Assembly (NCBI GenBank): GCA_964419785.1
Contig: CAYQRM010000112.1
Coordinates: 5,927 to 69,926, forward strand
Reading direction: 5' to 3'
Source: an uncultured Solibacteraceae bacterium
Lineage (GTDB): Bacteria > Acidobacteriota > Vicinamibacteria > Vicinamibacterales > SCN-69-37
DNA length: 64,000 bases
The position numbers and the translations under genes were made by a program. The notes beneath the pieces were generated by a model. It was not told the origin of the DNA and did no database searches. It saw nothing but the letters and a program-made list of their open reading frames with translations. Numbering within the stretch: the first letter of the stretch is position 1; each line of letters begins with the position of its first letter. Positions 1 through 9,883 of this stretch are shown here, in pieces.

Positions 1-125
1 CCGGAAAGCTTTTCGTTAGCGAAAGCACCCTCACGACGCATTCGGCGCGCCTCTTCGACAAGCTCGGCGCTCGCCGCCGATCGCAGGCCGTCCAGCTCGG
101 CAAGAACGCCGGACTCATCCCCTGA
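1..125 (+). CDS. LuxR/FixJ-family HTH regulator, C-terminal end only (5' partial at window edge)
   Basis: Frame 3 reads GKLFVSESTLTTHSARLFDKLGARRRSQAVQLGKNAGLIP*, the recognition-helix pattern of LuxR-type HTH domains. Stop at 123-125. Confidence 0.6.
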   Translation, partial: GKLFVSESTLTTHSARLFDKLGARRRSQAVQLGKNAGLIP

Positions 126-560
126 CGATCTGGAATCCCCTCGCCCGGAAGCGGTCTTCCTGGATCTCGAGCGCACGCTGGACAAAGCGTGCGCGCTCAT
201 CGCGGAGGCCGGCAAGAACGGCGCGACGCTCGCGGTGTTTCCGACGCGCTCGCGTTCAAATCGAAGTATCTCGCTGACGCGCACGCCTGGCTCAACCCCG
301 GCGGCAGCGTCATCGTCGATCCGGACGGCAAGATCGTCGCCGGACCCGCGAACGAGTGCGAGACGATCTTGTACGCAGACGTTCGGCCGGATCAGCTCAT
401 CGGCGCGAAGTGGCAGCTCGACATCGCGGGTCACTACGCGCGTCCGGACGTGTTCGAGTTGCGCGTGAATCGAACACCGACGCCGATCGTCCGCAAGATC
501 GACGCGACGCCGGCACCCGCGAAACGACCTGCCAAGCGGCCAGCGAGGAAGCGACGATGA
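121..560 (+). pseudogene. nitrilase/CN-hydrolase family gene remnant (internal deletion plus frame change, catalytic core missing)
   Basis: Frame 1 (about 139-250) reads PEAVFLDLERTLDKACALIAEAGKNGATLAVFPT, a nitrilase N-terminus up to the FPE motif. Frame 3 (about 245-560) reads WLNPGGSVIVDPDGKIVAGPANECETILYADVRPDQLIGAKWQLDIAGHYARPDVFEL, a nitrilase C-terminus. The roughly 170-180 aa normally between them (Lys and Cys of the Glu-Lys-Cys triad) are absent. No start codon precedes the N-fragment. Confidence 0.6.
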
Positions 561-565
561 CGTCA

Positions 566-1159
566 TTAGCGCTCGCTGAGGCGCGACGCCACGTCGGCGT
601 CCCAATGTTTCTGCGCGTCCGCCCGCCGGCCGTTCCGCGTCTCATCGTCGTACCGCTTCTGCTCGGCGGACTGCGTCTTGATCAATCCGTCGGCAAGAGC
701 GGCGAGATCCTCGTTGCTTCGCATGCACGGCTCGTAGAGTCCGGCGAAATACTTCTCCATCTTGCGCGCGTGGATTTCGGCGAGATCGAAGTGCGTCTGC
801 TCGTGTTGCAGCGTGCGGGCGTTGTCGGCTGGCGAGGAAATGACGGAAGGCAGCACCCAGGAATCGCCCGGGATCATCGCGTTGATCACGCGGAATTGAA
901 GCGCGCGGCCCGTGCAGCGCACGCCGTAGAACAAGCCGTACTCGAGGTGCGCGGCTTCCCCGAGGTCGGCGTTGACGACGGCGCCTGTGAAGTCGTCCCA
1001 GGTCAGCTTGCGGGTCGCTGACCAGATCACGCCGTGACGGTCGGCGATCTGACTTTGAATGGTTTCGATCAGGGGAGGCTGTTGCTGGCGGTCCTGGCCG
1101 CCGGCAGGCATCGCTGCGGCGGTGACGATCGTTGCGAGGAGAGCAGCGACGATCTTCAC
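566..1159 (-). CDS. secreted DUF922-like putative zinc metallopeptidase
   Basis: 197 aa. N-terminal signal peptide (MKIVAALLATIVTAAAMPAGG). HEQTHFD (HExxH) motif as I recall for DUF922 predicted secreted Zn proteases. Confidence 0.6.
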   Translation of the reverse strand: MKIVAALLATIVTAAAMPAGGQDRQQQPPLIETIQSQIADRHGVIWSATRKLTWDDFTGAVVNADLGEAAHLEYGLFYGVRCTGRALQFRVINAMIPGDSWVLPSVISSPADNARTLQHEQTHFDLAEIHARKMEKYFAGLYEPCMRSNEDLAALADGLIKTQSAEQKRYDDETRNGRRADAQKHWDADVASRLSER

Positions 1160-1183
1160 GTGAAATCCACGAGGGGTGTCCTG

Positions 1184-2191
1184 TCAGCCCAGGGCGTCAG
1201 CCGACGTGGCGCCGTAGAACGAGTACCACGCGCTCGCGGACGCGAGCGCGGCATTGACGTTGTTGATGTTCTCGACGCCCTTGGACTCGAGCCACGCGCG
1301 AAACGCGGCGGCGCCCTGCTTCGCGTAGACCGGAATGCCGTCCTTCCAGGTCGCGCGGCCGCAGAGCACGCCTGCGTAGCGCACGCCTGATTCGGACGCG
1401 AGCGCGAGCGACTCGGTGAACTCCGCGTTGCTCACGCCGGCCGAGAGATAAATGAACGGCTTGGTCGCGGCCTTCGCCGCTTCGAGGAAAAGCTTCTTCG
1501 CTTCGTCGCGCGTGTACGCGCGCTCGCCGGCGAACGCCTTCGCGCCCTCGACGCATTTCATGTTGATGGGCACCTCGACTTTGAGCACGTCGACCCCGTA
1601 GCGATCCTTCGAGAACTCGGCCATCGCGCGCGTCACCGCCTCGGGCTTCTTCTTCGCGAATGCGGCGCCCTTCTCGTCGGCGCCTTCTTCATAGACGACG
1701 AACTCGAGGAAGAACGGGATGTCGTTCGCCCGGCACTCGTCGCCGATACGTTCGACCCATGCGTGCTTGATCTCGTTGATCGGTTTCGGATCGAACGGCG
1801 TGTAGTACAGAAGAATCTTGACGCAATCCGCGCCGGCTTCCTTGAGGCGCCGCGCCGACCAGTCGTCGAGCAGATCCGGCAGCCGGCCGGGACCGGTCTT
1901 GTCGTAGCCAGTCTTCTCGTACGCGAGCAGCAGTCCGGCGTTCTTCGCGCGCTTCTTCGAGGGCCCGATGCCCCACTCGGGATCGAGCAGGATCGCGCTG
2001 GCGTGCGGCGTGAGCACCTCGGTGACGAGGGCCTTGAACTCCTCCATCATCGCGTCGGTGATGTCGCCGCCCTTTTCCTTGGCAAGCGCCTTCTGCAACG
2101 AGCCGCGTTGATCCATGGCGGCCGCCGCGATGACCCCGCGGTTGTTCGCGACGTGCTTCATGCCTGCCAGCTTGCCGGGTGTGAGCTTCAT
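1184..2191 (-). CDS. lacD: tagatose-1,6-bisphosphate aldolase (LacD family, class I)
   Basis: 335 aa, colinear with remembered LacD: AMDQRGSL, LLDPEWG, LLLAYEKTGYD, VLKVEVPINMK, YLSAGVS, GVLCGRATW. Confidence 0.85.
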   Translation of the reverse strand: MKLTPGKLAGMKHVANNRGVIAAAAMDQRGSLQKALAKEKGGDITDAMMEEFKALVTEVLTPHASAILLDPEWGIGPSKKRAKNAGLLLAYEKTGYDKTGPGRLPDLLDDWSARRLKEAGADCVKILLYYTPFDPKPINEIKHAWVERIGDECRANDIPFFLEFVVYEEGADEKGAAFAKKKPEAVTRAMAEFSKDRYGVDVLKVEVPINMKCVEGAKAFAGERAYTRDEAKKLFLEAAKAATKPFIYLSAGVSNAEFTESLALASESGVRYAGVLCGRATWKDGIPVYAKQGAAAFRAWLESKGVENINNVNAALASASAWYSFYGATSADALG

Positions 2192-2201
2192 AGGCCGGCA
2201 G

Positions 2202-3413
2202 TCATTTTACTGAATCCGCCAAAAGACTCCCGGCGTTATTTTTCAGCGGATAGCGGAACTCCTCGACCGTGGCGGCCTCGACGGCCTCGGACACGAGCGG
2301 CTCGAGCGCCAGGTTGGCCTCCGCGCGCTCGACGCTCTCGCGCGTCGCGCGAGTGGTGGGAAACTGCGGTGTAAAAAGCGTGCAGCAATCTTCGTCGGGA
2401 ATGATCGACGTTTCGTAGGTGCCGAGCTGGAGCGCCTGCGACGTGATCTCCTCCTTATCGAATCCCACGAGCGGTCTGAGCAACGGCATCGTCGCCACGC
2501 TGCCGACGACATCGAGATTCTCGATCGTCTGGGACGCGACCTGGCCGACCGAGTCGCCGGTGACGAGCGCGAGAGCGCGCGTTCGTCGCGCGAGCGCTTC
2601 GGCAATGCGCAACATCAAGCGGCGATAGATGACGACCCGCAGGGCGGGCGGAACCGTGACGACCACGCGCTGCTGAATCGGACCGAAGGGCACGAGGAAC
2701 AGCCGCGATTTGAGCTGATGCCGCGCGAGCAGCTTGGCGAGCGCGCGCGCCTTGTCCTGCGACGTCCGCGACAGAATCGGATAACTGTGAAAGTGGACGA
2801 GGTTGGCGCGGCACCCGCGCCGAATCATCCGCCATGCCGCGACCGGCGAGTCGATGCCGCCCGAGAGCAGACACAAGACTCGGCCGCTCGTGCCGATCGG
2901 CAGCCCACCCGTCCCCTGCTCCTTGCCGATGTACACGAATGCTTCGTCACTCAGAATCTCGACGTGAATCTTGATCGCCGGGTTCGAGAGATCGACGGGC
3001 CATCCCGTCCGGTCCTGTACGAGTCGTCCGAGCACGCGCTCGACGTCGGGCGACGGCATGGGAAATCGCTTGTCGGCGCGGCGCGCGGCGATCCGAAAAG
3101 TATTCCCGGAATACTTTTCGCCCTCGTCGACTTCTGCCAGGACGCCCGCGGCGATCGCGTCGAGATCGGCGGTCACACGCCGGGCCCGTGAAAAATTTCC
3201 GATGCCCGGCAGCCGCGACAGACGCTCGCACACCTCCGCCCAGTCCGCGCCCGGCCCGAGCCGCACTTCGATCCGGCCGAGCACCAGGCGCGTGTAGACG
3301 ACGTCGAGGTCGGCGAGGACGGCGCGGATGGAGCGCACGAGCATCGTGATGAACCACGGGCGATTTCGGCCCTTCAGCGCGATCTCGCCGTAGTGGATCA
3401 CGACCGACGTCAT
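2202..3413 (-). CDS. thiI: tRNA 4-thiouridine synthase / sulfur carrier ThiI
   Basis: 403 aa. N-terminal YGEIALKGRNR (THUMP region), PP-loop SGGIDSPVAAW, FRIAARRADKRFP. Confidence 0.9.
   Translation of the reverse strand: MTSVVIHYGEIALKGRNRPWFITMLVRSIRAVLADLDVVYTRLVLGRIEVRLGPGADWAEVCERLSRLPGIGNFSRARRVTADLDAIAAGVLAEVDEGEKYSGNTFRIAARRADKRFPMPSPDVERVLGRLVQDRTGWPVDLSNPAIKIHVEILSDEAFVYIGKEQGTGGLPIGTSGRVLCLLSGGIDSPVAAWRMIRRGCRANLVHFHSYPILSRTSQDKARALAKLLARHQLKSRLFLVPFGPIQQRVVVTVPPALRVVIYRRLMLRIAEALARRTRALALVTGDSVGQVASQTIENLDVVGSVATMPLLRPLVGFDKEEITSQALQLGTYETSIIPDEDCCTLFTPQFPTTRATRESVERAEANLALEPLVSEAVEAATVEEFRYPLKNNAGSLLADSVK
3094..3120. repeat. perfect 27-nt palindrome inside thiI, member of the GAAAAG-N-ATNCCGGGAATACTTTTC motif family
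   Basis: cgaaaagtattcc-c-ggaatacttttcg: 13-nt arms around one central base. Related copies at 15091-15115, 43649-43673 and 43692-43717. Confidence 0.8.
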
Positions 3414-3421
3414 GCCGATGA

Positions 3422-4783
<1,362 letters not shown>

Positions 4784-4787
4784 TGAG

Positions 4788-5693
4788 TCAGCGAGCGGCG
4801 CGGCCGGATCGCACCCGCCACCAGGTGCGAACGGCGAGCTGGGCCTGGGCTGGGCGCGGCACGCGAATCACGGCGGTGAACACGTCGCAGCGCGCTGCTT
4901 CGATGCGGCGCAGCAGATCGAAGTAGATCGCGCGCATGATCTCGGCCGGCAGAAAGCGACGGGCGTCGGCGCTTGGCAGCGCGCGAACCGCGCGCGAGAA
5001 GAACACGCGCGCCCGGGCCGCGTGGTGCTCGAGAACGGCTCGCACGCGGTCGTTCTTCACACCCGCGCCAGCTTCATTGACTTCGCGCGCGACATCCTCC
5101 TCGGCGCATCCGAAGCGCCGAAGATCCTCGAGCGGCAGATAGAAACGGCCGCGACGATAGTCGACGCCGACATCGCGCAGGATATTCGTCAGCTGCAGCG
5201 CGACACCAAGATCGCGCGCATAGTCGAGCGCCGCCGGTTGCGTGTAGCCGAAGATTTCAGAACAAATCAGTCCGACGGCCGACGCCACTCGATGGCAGTA
5301 GGGCTCGAGGTCCGCAAATGTTTCGTACCGCCGTGGCGTCGCGTCCATGGCGACGCCGTCGATGAGCGCGTCGAATTGCGCGCGCGGCAGGTGGTGAGGC
5401 ACGACAAACGGCTGCAGCGCCTGTCCTTGCGGCGTCGTGGGCGCGCCTTTATCGAACACGCGCGCGATCTCGTCGCGCCACTGCGTCAGGGCAGCCTGCG
5501 CGCGCGCGGGATCGGTCTCGAGATCGACGCTGTCGTCGATGGCGCGGCAGACGTCCCACACGGCGGTAATCGCGCGCCGCTGCGGCGGCGAGAGGACGAG
5601 AAACGAGTAGTAGAAGCTCGTCTTCCGCGTCACCGCGCGGCTCCACTCGACCACGCGAGCGTCCGCCATCCGATCGACACCGCGTCGCTCCAT
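4788..5693 (-). CDS. hpnD: presqualene diphosphate synthase (squalene/phytoene synthase family)
   Basis: 301 aa. SFYYSF, DDSVD and NILRDVGVD Asp-rich motifs of the SQS/PSY family. Middle gene of the hpnC-D-E order. Start may be the internal Met at 5669. Confidence 0.85.
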   Translation of the reverse strand: MERRGVDRMADARVVEWSRAVTRKTSFYYSFLVLSPPQRRAITAVWDVCRAIDDSVDLETDPARAQAALTQWRDEIARVFDKGAPTTPQGQALQPFVVPHHLPRAQFDALIDGVAMDATPRRYETFADLEPYCHRVASAVGLICSEIFGYTQPAALDYARDLGVALQLTNILRDVGVDYRRGRFYLPLEDLRRFGCAEEDVAREVNEAGAGVKNDRVRAVLEHHAARARVFFSRAVRALPSADARRFLPAEIMRAIYFDLLRRIEAARCDVFTAVIRVPRPAQAQLAVRTWWRVRSGRAAR

Positions 5694-6508
5694 CTAAGCT
5701 TGGGCCGGCGGCGAAACACGTCGTACCCACCGCGCTCGAGCTGGTCGAGGATGCGCATGCCGCCGAGCCACGTCGCGCGCAGCTCCCAGCGCAGCCGTCC
5801 TTCAACAGCGTCGGTCACGGGCCGGCCATCTCGAAAGAGCGCACGCGTGTACTCCACCGCCGATGCCAGCGCCGCGCGCCATTCCGGCGACATGCGACGA
5901 CGGCCGAGGTCCTGCTCGTCCGCGCCGGTCTGGCGAAGGATCGCGAGCGGGAGGTACAGCCGGCCGCGGCGCCAGTCGATCTCGAGGTCCTGCCAGAAAT
6001 TCGCGAGCTGCAGCGCCGTGCAGATCGAGTCGGACCAGCGATCGAGTCGATCGTCGTGATACTCGGCGATGCGCAAGACCAGCCGACCAACCGGATTGGC
6101 GGATCGACGGCAGTAGTCGAGGACATCGCTCCAGGTCTCGTAGCGCTTGACGAGCACGTCCTGCCGAAAGGCACTCAGCAGATCCTCGAACAGCGAGACG
6201 TCGAGGTTGTAGGTGCGGATCGTCTCGGCGAGCGCGATGAAGATCGCGGACGCGTCGGAATTGTCGCTGGGACGATCGCCCTGGACCGCCTGATGAAGCC
6301 GATCGCGCCAGTCGTCGAGCAACGCGAGCCGCGCGTCGTTGGTGCGATCGCCTTCGTCGGCGAAATCGTCGGCGATCCGTGCGAACGCGTAGACCGCCGC
6401 GATGTGAGGTCGCGCATTCGCCGGCAGGAGGCGCGAGGCGACGGGAAAATTCTCGTAGTGCTGCCGCGCGAGCCGCAGGCAGATCGCGTACGCCGCGTCC
6501 GCTACCAC
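5630..6508 (-). CDS. hpnC: hydroxysqualene synthase (squalene/phytoene synthase family)
   Basis: The SQS/PSY motifs HYENFPVAS, ARIADDFADEG and ANFWQDLEID start only after the Arg-rich leader of the 373-aa ORF. GTG at 6508 overlaps the stop of the upstream gene (GTGGTAG), giving 292 aa. Confidence 0.8.
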   Translation of the reverse strand: MVADAAYAICLRLARQHYENFPVASRLLPANARPHIAAVYAFARIADDFADEGDRTNDARLALLDDWRDRLHQAVQGDRPSDNSDASAIFIALAETIRTYNLDVSLFEDLLSAFRQDVLVKRYETWSDVLDYCRRSANPVGRLVLRIAEYHDDRLDRWSDSICTALQLANFWQDLEIDWRRGRLYLPLAILRQTGADEQDLGRRRMSPEWRAALASAVEYTRALFRDGRPVTDAVEGRLRWELRATWLGGMRILDQLERGGYDVFRRRPKLRWSDAVSIGWRTLAWSSGAAR

Positions 6509-7056
6509 TCGATCTCGGCCTTGCCCGCGCGGGCGGTCGCCGCCCGGGCCATGACGAACAGCAGATCCGACAGCCGGTTCATGTACACGATGACGAGCGG
6601 ATCGACGGCCTCGGTGCCGAGCGCGACGATCGCGCGCTCGGCGCGGCGGCAGACGGTGCGGGAGAGGTGCAAGATCGCTCCGCCAGGCGCGCCGCCGGCG
6701 AGAATGAAGCGTCTCAGGGGCGGCAGCGTCGCATCGAGCGCGTCGATCCACTGCTCGAGCCGAGTGACATCCGCGTCGCCCAGCTTCGCCTTCTCGACGC
6801 GCGAGGCGATCTTGTGGCGCGGGTCCGCCAGCATCGCGCCGAGCGCGAACAAATCGCGCTGGATGTGATCGAGCATCGCGTCGATCTCACGGTCAACGCC
6901 GTTGGCGCGCGCGAGTCCGATCCACGCGTTGAGCTCGTCGACATCCCCGTACGCGCCGACGCGCGGATCGGCCTTCGACACCTGGGTACCATCAAAGAGT
7001 CTGGTGTCACCACTATCGCCAGTCTTGGTGTAGAGGGGGACGGGGGATTTTTCCAC
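6502..7056 (-). CDS. pduO: ATP:cob(I)alamin adenosyltransferase, PduO type
   Basis: 184 aa. N-terminal YTKTGDSGDT motif and helical bundle typical of PduO-type ATR. Confidence 0.85.
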   Translation of the reverse strand: MEKSPVPLYTKTGDSGDTRLFDGTQVSKADPRVGAYGDVDELNAWIGLARANGVDREIDAMLDHIQRDLFALGAMLADPRHKIASRVEKAKLGDADVTRLEQWIDALDATLPPLRRFILAGGAPGGAILHLSRTVCRRAERAIVALGTEAVDPLVIVYMNRLSDLLFVMARAATARAGKAEIEW

Positions 7057-7108
7057 AGTTTCAGGCCAAACAGGGACGGAGGTCGCTCGGGTCCCCTATT
7101 ATGGCACC

Positions 7109-7804
7109 GTGCCGCGACGCCCAAAGCGCCTGCCTCTGCCGGCGCCGCCGCTTCGCCAGTGGTTCCGCCGCCGCCTCCTCAGCTGGTACCGAAAGCACGG
7201 ACGCGACCTGCCCTGGCGCGAAACCCGCGACCCGTATCGCATCCTCGTCTCCGAGGTGATGCTCCAGCAGACGCAGGTCGATCGCGTACTGCCAAAGTAC
7301 GAAGAATGGCTCGTCCGCTATCCCACGTTCCATGCGCTCGCCGAGGCGCCCGAAGCGGACGTCGTCAGAACGTGGTACCCGCTGGGCTACAACATCCGGC
7401 CGCGACGCCTCCACGCCATTGCCCGCGAAGCCGTGACGAAATTCGGCGGCCGGCTGCCCGACGATGAGCCAACGCTGCGATCGTTCAAGGGCATCGGCGA
7501 ATACACGGCCGGAGCGGTCATGAGCTTCGCGTTCGGCAAGCGCGCGGCGATCCTCGATACCAACGTCGCCCGGGTATTGTTCCGCGTGTTCATCGGCCGC
7601 GGCGAACCTCGCGCGCACGCGACCGAGCGTCATCTCTGGGACGTCTCCCGCAGCGTGCTGCCCCACCGGCACGTCTTCGACTTCAATCAGGCGTTGATGG
7701 ACTTCGGTGCGACGGTCTGCCGCGCGCGCAAGCCCGAATGTCTCATGTGCCCGATGAGCCGCAAGTGTCGCGCGTACCCGTTCAATCCCGACAATGAGCG
7801 CTAA
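7109..7804 (+). CDS. mutY: A/G-specific adenine DNA glycosylase, catalytic HhH-GPD/FeS domain only (no C-terminal Nudix-like domain)
   Basis: 231 aa. WYRKHGRDLPWR, SEVMLQQTQV (catalytic Glu), DTNVARV (catalytic Asp), 4Fe-4S loop CRARKPECLMCPMSRKC. GTG start. Confidence 0.8.
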   Translation: MPRRPKRLPLPAPPLRQWFRRRLLSWYRKHGRDLPWRETRDPYRILVSEVMLQQTQVDRVLPKYEEWLVRYPTFHALAEAPEADVVRTWYPLGYNIRPRRLHAIAREAVTKFGGRLPDDEPTLRSFKGIGEYTAGAVMSFAFGKRAAILDTNVARVLFRVFIGRGEPRAHATERHLWDVSRSVLPHRHVFDFNQALMDFGATVCRARKPECLMCPMSRKCRAYPFNPDNER

Positions 7805-8207
7805 TCGCGCCCCGATCGTCGTCCTTGCCGCCGTTGTGGAACGCGACGGGCGATTTCTGGTCGCGCGACGTCTCGCGCACGGACACTTGCCCGGACTCTG
7901 GGAATTTCCTGGCGGCAAGTGCGAGGCCGGCGAAACGCACGAGGCGTGCCTCGCTCGTGAGCTGATGGAGGAGCTCGGCGTCCGCTCAGCGATAGGCGAT
8001 GAGATCATCGTCACCGAGCACGCGTACGCGGATCGAACGGTGCGACTGCATTTCAGGAGCTGCACGATAGACGGCGAGCCGGAACCGCGTCTGGGTCAAG
8101 AGATTCGATGGGTCACGCGCGACGCGCTCAGGACACTGGAGTTCCCGGCGGCTGATCGCGAGCTCATCGAGTGGCTCGCGACTTCACCATCGCCACGTCC
8201 ACGCTGA
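7794..8207 (+). CDS. mutT: Nudix hydrolase, MutT-like 8-oxo-dGTP diphosphatase
   Basis: 137 aa. Intact Nudix box GGKCEAGETHEACLARELMEELGV. Overlaps mutY by 11 nt. Confidence 0.8.
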   Translation: MSANRAPIVVLAAVVERDGRFLVARRLAHGHLPGLWEFPGGKCEAGETHEACLARELMEELGVRSAIGDEIIVTEHAYADRTVRLHFRSCTIDGEPEPRLGQEIRWVTRDALRTLEFPAADRELIEWLATSPSPRPR

Positions 8208-8877
8208 CCGTCTGTCCGTCGCGCACGGTGACCTTGACCGGGGCGGCTTTGAGCATCTCGTGCCAAAAGCGCAGCTCGACGATGCCCGCGGGCACGTTGT
8301 CCAGGCGGAACCTGCCGCCGGCGTCGCTCACCACGGACAGCTCGTCGCTGACGAACACGTAACCGCGCATCCACGTGTGCGTGCTGCACGAAAGCGTGAC
8401 GACACCGGACCCGTCGAGTGGCTTCGTGACCGTGAGGTTCGGCACTGGCAGGCTGATGTTGAAATACGCCTTGCCGTCCGCGCCAACTGCGCGCACCGTG
8501 TGGAGGACTGGATCTTTGCTCGTCATCCTCAGCGTGCCGTTCGGCTGCAGCACCGACACGCGCGGCACGAACGCGCACTTCTCGTTGCTGATCGCGGCTT
8601 CGGCGGCGAGCTGCGCCTTGACGCCTGTCGCGGTCACGACGACGTTCGCGAGATGGCCGGACCGATCGACGGTAATCGCCTCATTCGCCACCGACGACCC
8701 GCACACGCTCGGATCGATCGTGGCCTGAATCGACTTGAGGGCGCCTTCGTTCGTCGTGATGGTGCCAATCACGGTGCCGCCGGAGCGAGCGCTGAGGTGC
8801 GGCTGAGTTGAAGCGAGCGCGATCGCGCAAATGAGAACGGAAAGACAGAGAGCCGTGTGACCGCGCCGGAAGCACAT
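8164..8877 (-). CDS. secreted cupredoxin-like (type-1 copper) protein with C-terminal carboxypeptidase-regulatory-like domain
   Basis: 237 aa with a signal peptide. LHTV...SCSTHTWMRGYVFV parallels the amicyanin ligand loop HCTPHPFMRGKVVV (His, Cys-x2-His-x2-Met). The tail GRFRLDNVPAGIVELRF...VTVRDGQTVSVDV is CarboxypepD_reg-like. 3' end overlaps mutT by 44 nt (convergent). Confidence 0.6.
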   Translation of the reverse strand: MCFRRGHTALCLSVLICAIALASTQPHLSARSGGTVIGTITTNEGALKSIQATIDPSVCGSSVANEAITVDRSGHLANVVVTATGVKAQLAAEAAISNEKCAFVPRVSVLQPNGTLRMTSKDPVLHTVRAVGADGKAYFNISLPVPNLTVTKPLDGSGVVTLSCSTHTWMRGYVFVSDELSVVSDAGGRFRLDNVPAGIVELRFWHEMLKAAPVKVTVRDGQTVSVDVAMVKSRATR

Positions 8878-8893
8878 CTGATTGACCTCGTCC

Positions 8894-9883
8894 TTATCCA
8901 GCGAAGCCTGTGACCTCCGCGGTCGCGTCGCCGTCCGCCGTCGGCGCGACGACGCGCGTTCCGACCGTCGCGACGTCGCGATGCACGTAGCCGAGCGCGA
9001 CCACGCGGCCGTTCATCGGAGACACGGCGGCGCTGGTGATGCGCCCGGTCTCGCGTCCGGCAGCGGTGAGGGGCGCGCCTGGCTCCGGCGGCGTGACGAC
9101 CCCGGCGTCGAACGTGAGCTTCACGAGCCGGCGCGCGACTCGTCCCGAACCGCGATGCAGCACGCGAATGATCACTTCCTGACCGACGTAGCAGCCTTTT
9201 GTCGTACTGATCGCACGATCGAGCAAGCCGGCTTCGAGCGGAATCGTATCCTCGGTCGTGTCGACGCCGAACGCCGGCCGGCCCGCGTCGATCCGCAGCG
9301 CCTCGTCGAGCTCCGCGTCGATCTCGACGGCTCCAGCGGCCGCCAATCGCGAGAGCAGATCCTCGCGCGCGGACACCGGCGCCCACAGCTCAAATCCGGC
9401 AAGCGCCGTGTCATCGACGCGGACGACGCGCACGTCGCCGAACGTTTGGTGAGCCAGAACCGTGAGGCCATCGACCTTCGTACGATCGATTGCCAACGCG
9501 CGCGCGATCGTGCCGGCGGCGTCTCCACCGATGACGCCAATTGCAGTCGTCGCAGCCGACGCGTCAGTCACGCGCACCTGCTCGGCGAAAATCAACTGAT
9601 CAAACCGCGTCGCCAGCGCCGCCGCCTGACCCGGCGCGACTTCGACATCGAGCGACGACTCGCCGACCAGAACGCGGAGCATGGCGATCATCCGGCCCTG
9701 TGGCGTGAGATACGCCGCGTCTACTCCAGTACCGGCCACGGCTGCGCCGATGTCGTTGGTGACGAGCGCTTGAAGGAACGCCCGTGCGTCGCGGCCCTCG
9801 AACGCCAGGCGGCCGCGACCGGACCGGTCGATCCAACCGGCCCCGGCCTCGATGATGCGATACTGATCGGCGATGCGCGTCAC
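8894..9883 (-). CDS. ygfZ: folate-binding YgfZ/GcvT-family protein (Fe-S cluster repair / tRNA modification)
   Basis: 329 aa. Aminomethyltransferase-like N-terminus and the diagnostic KGCYVGQE motif. Confidence 0.8.
   Translation of the reverse strand: MTRIADQYRIIEAGAGWIDRSGRGRLAFEGRDARAFLQALVTNDIGAAVAGTGVDAAYLTPQGRMIAMLRVLVGESSLDVEVAPGQAAALATRFDQLIFAEQVRVTDASAATTAIGVIGGDAAGTIARALAIDRTKVDGLTVLAHQTFGDVRVVRVDDTALAGFELWAPVSAREDLLSRLAAAGAVEIDAELDEALRIDAGRPAFGVDTTEDTIPLEAGLLDRAISTTKGCYVGQEVIIRVLHRGSGRVARRLVKLTFDAGVVTPPEPGAPLTAAGRETGRITSAAVSPMNGRVVALGYVHRDVATVGTRVVAPTADGDATAEVTGFAG

Noticed and set aside
235-468. 77-aa ORF and the overlapping 123-aa ORF (189-560) considered as independent genes
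   Set aside because: They are the two frames of a single decayed nitrilase gene (see the pseudogene call). The Met residues listed are GTG or internal codons.
7097-7111. TATTAT box 6 nt upstream of the mutY GTG, suggesting a leaderless transcript
   Set aside because: It is a single hexamer match with no -35 support. It cannot be distinguished from chance without TSS data.
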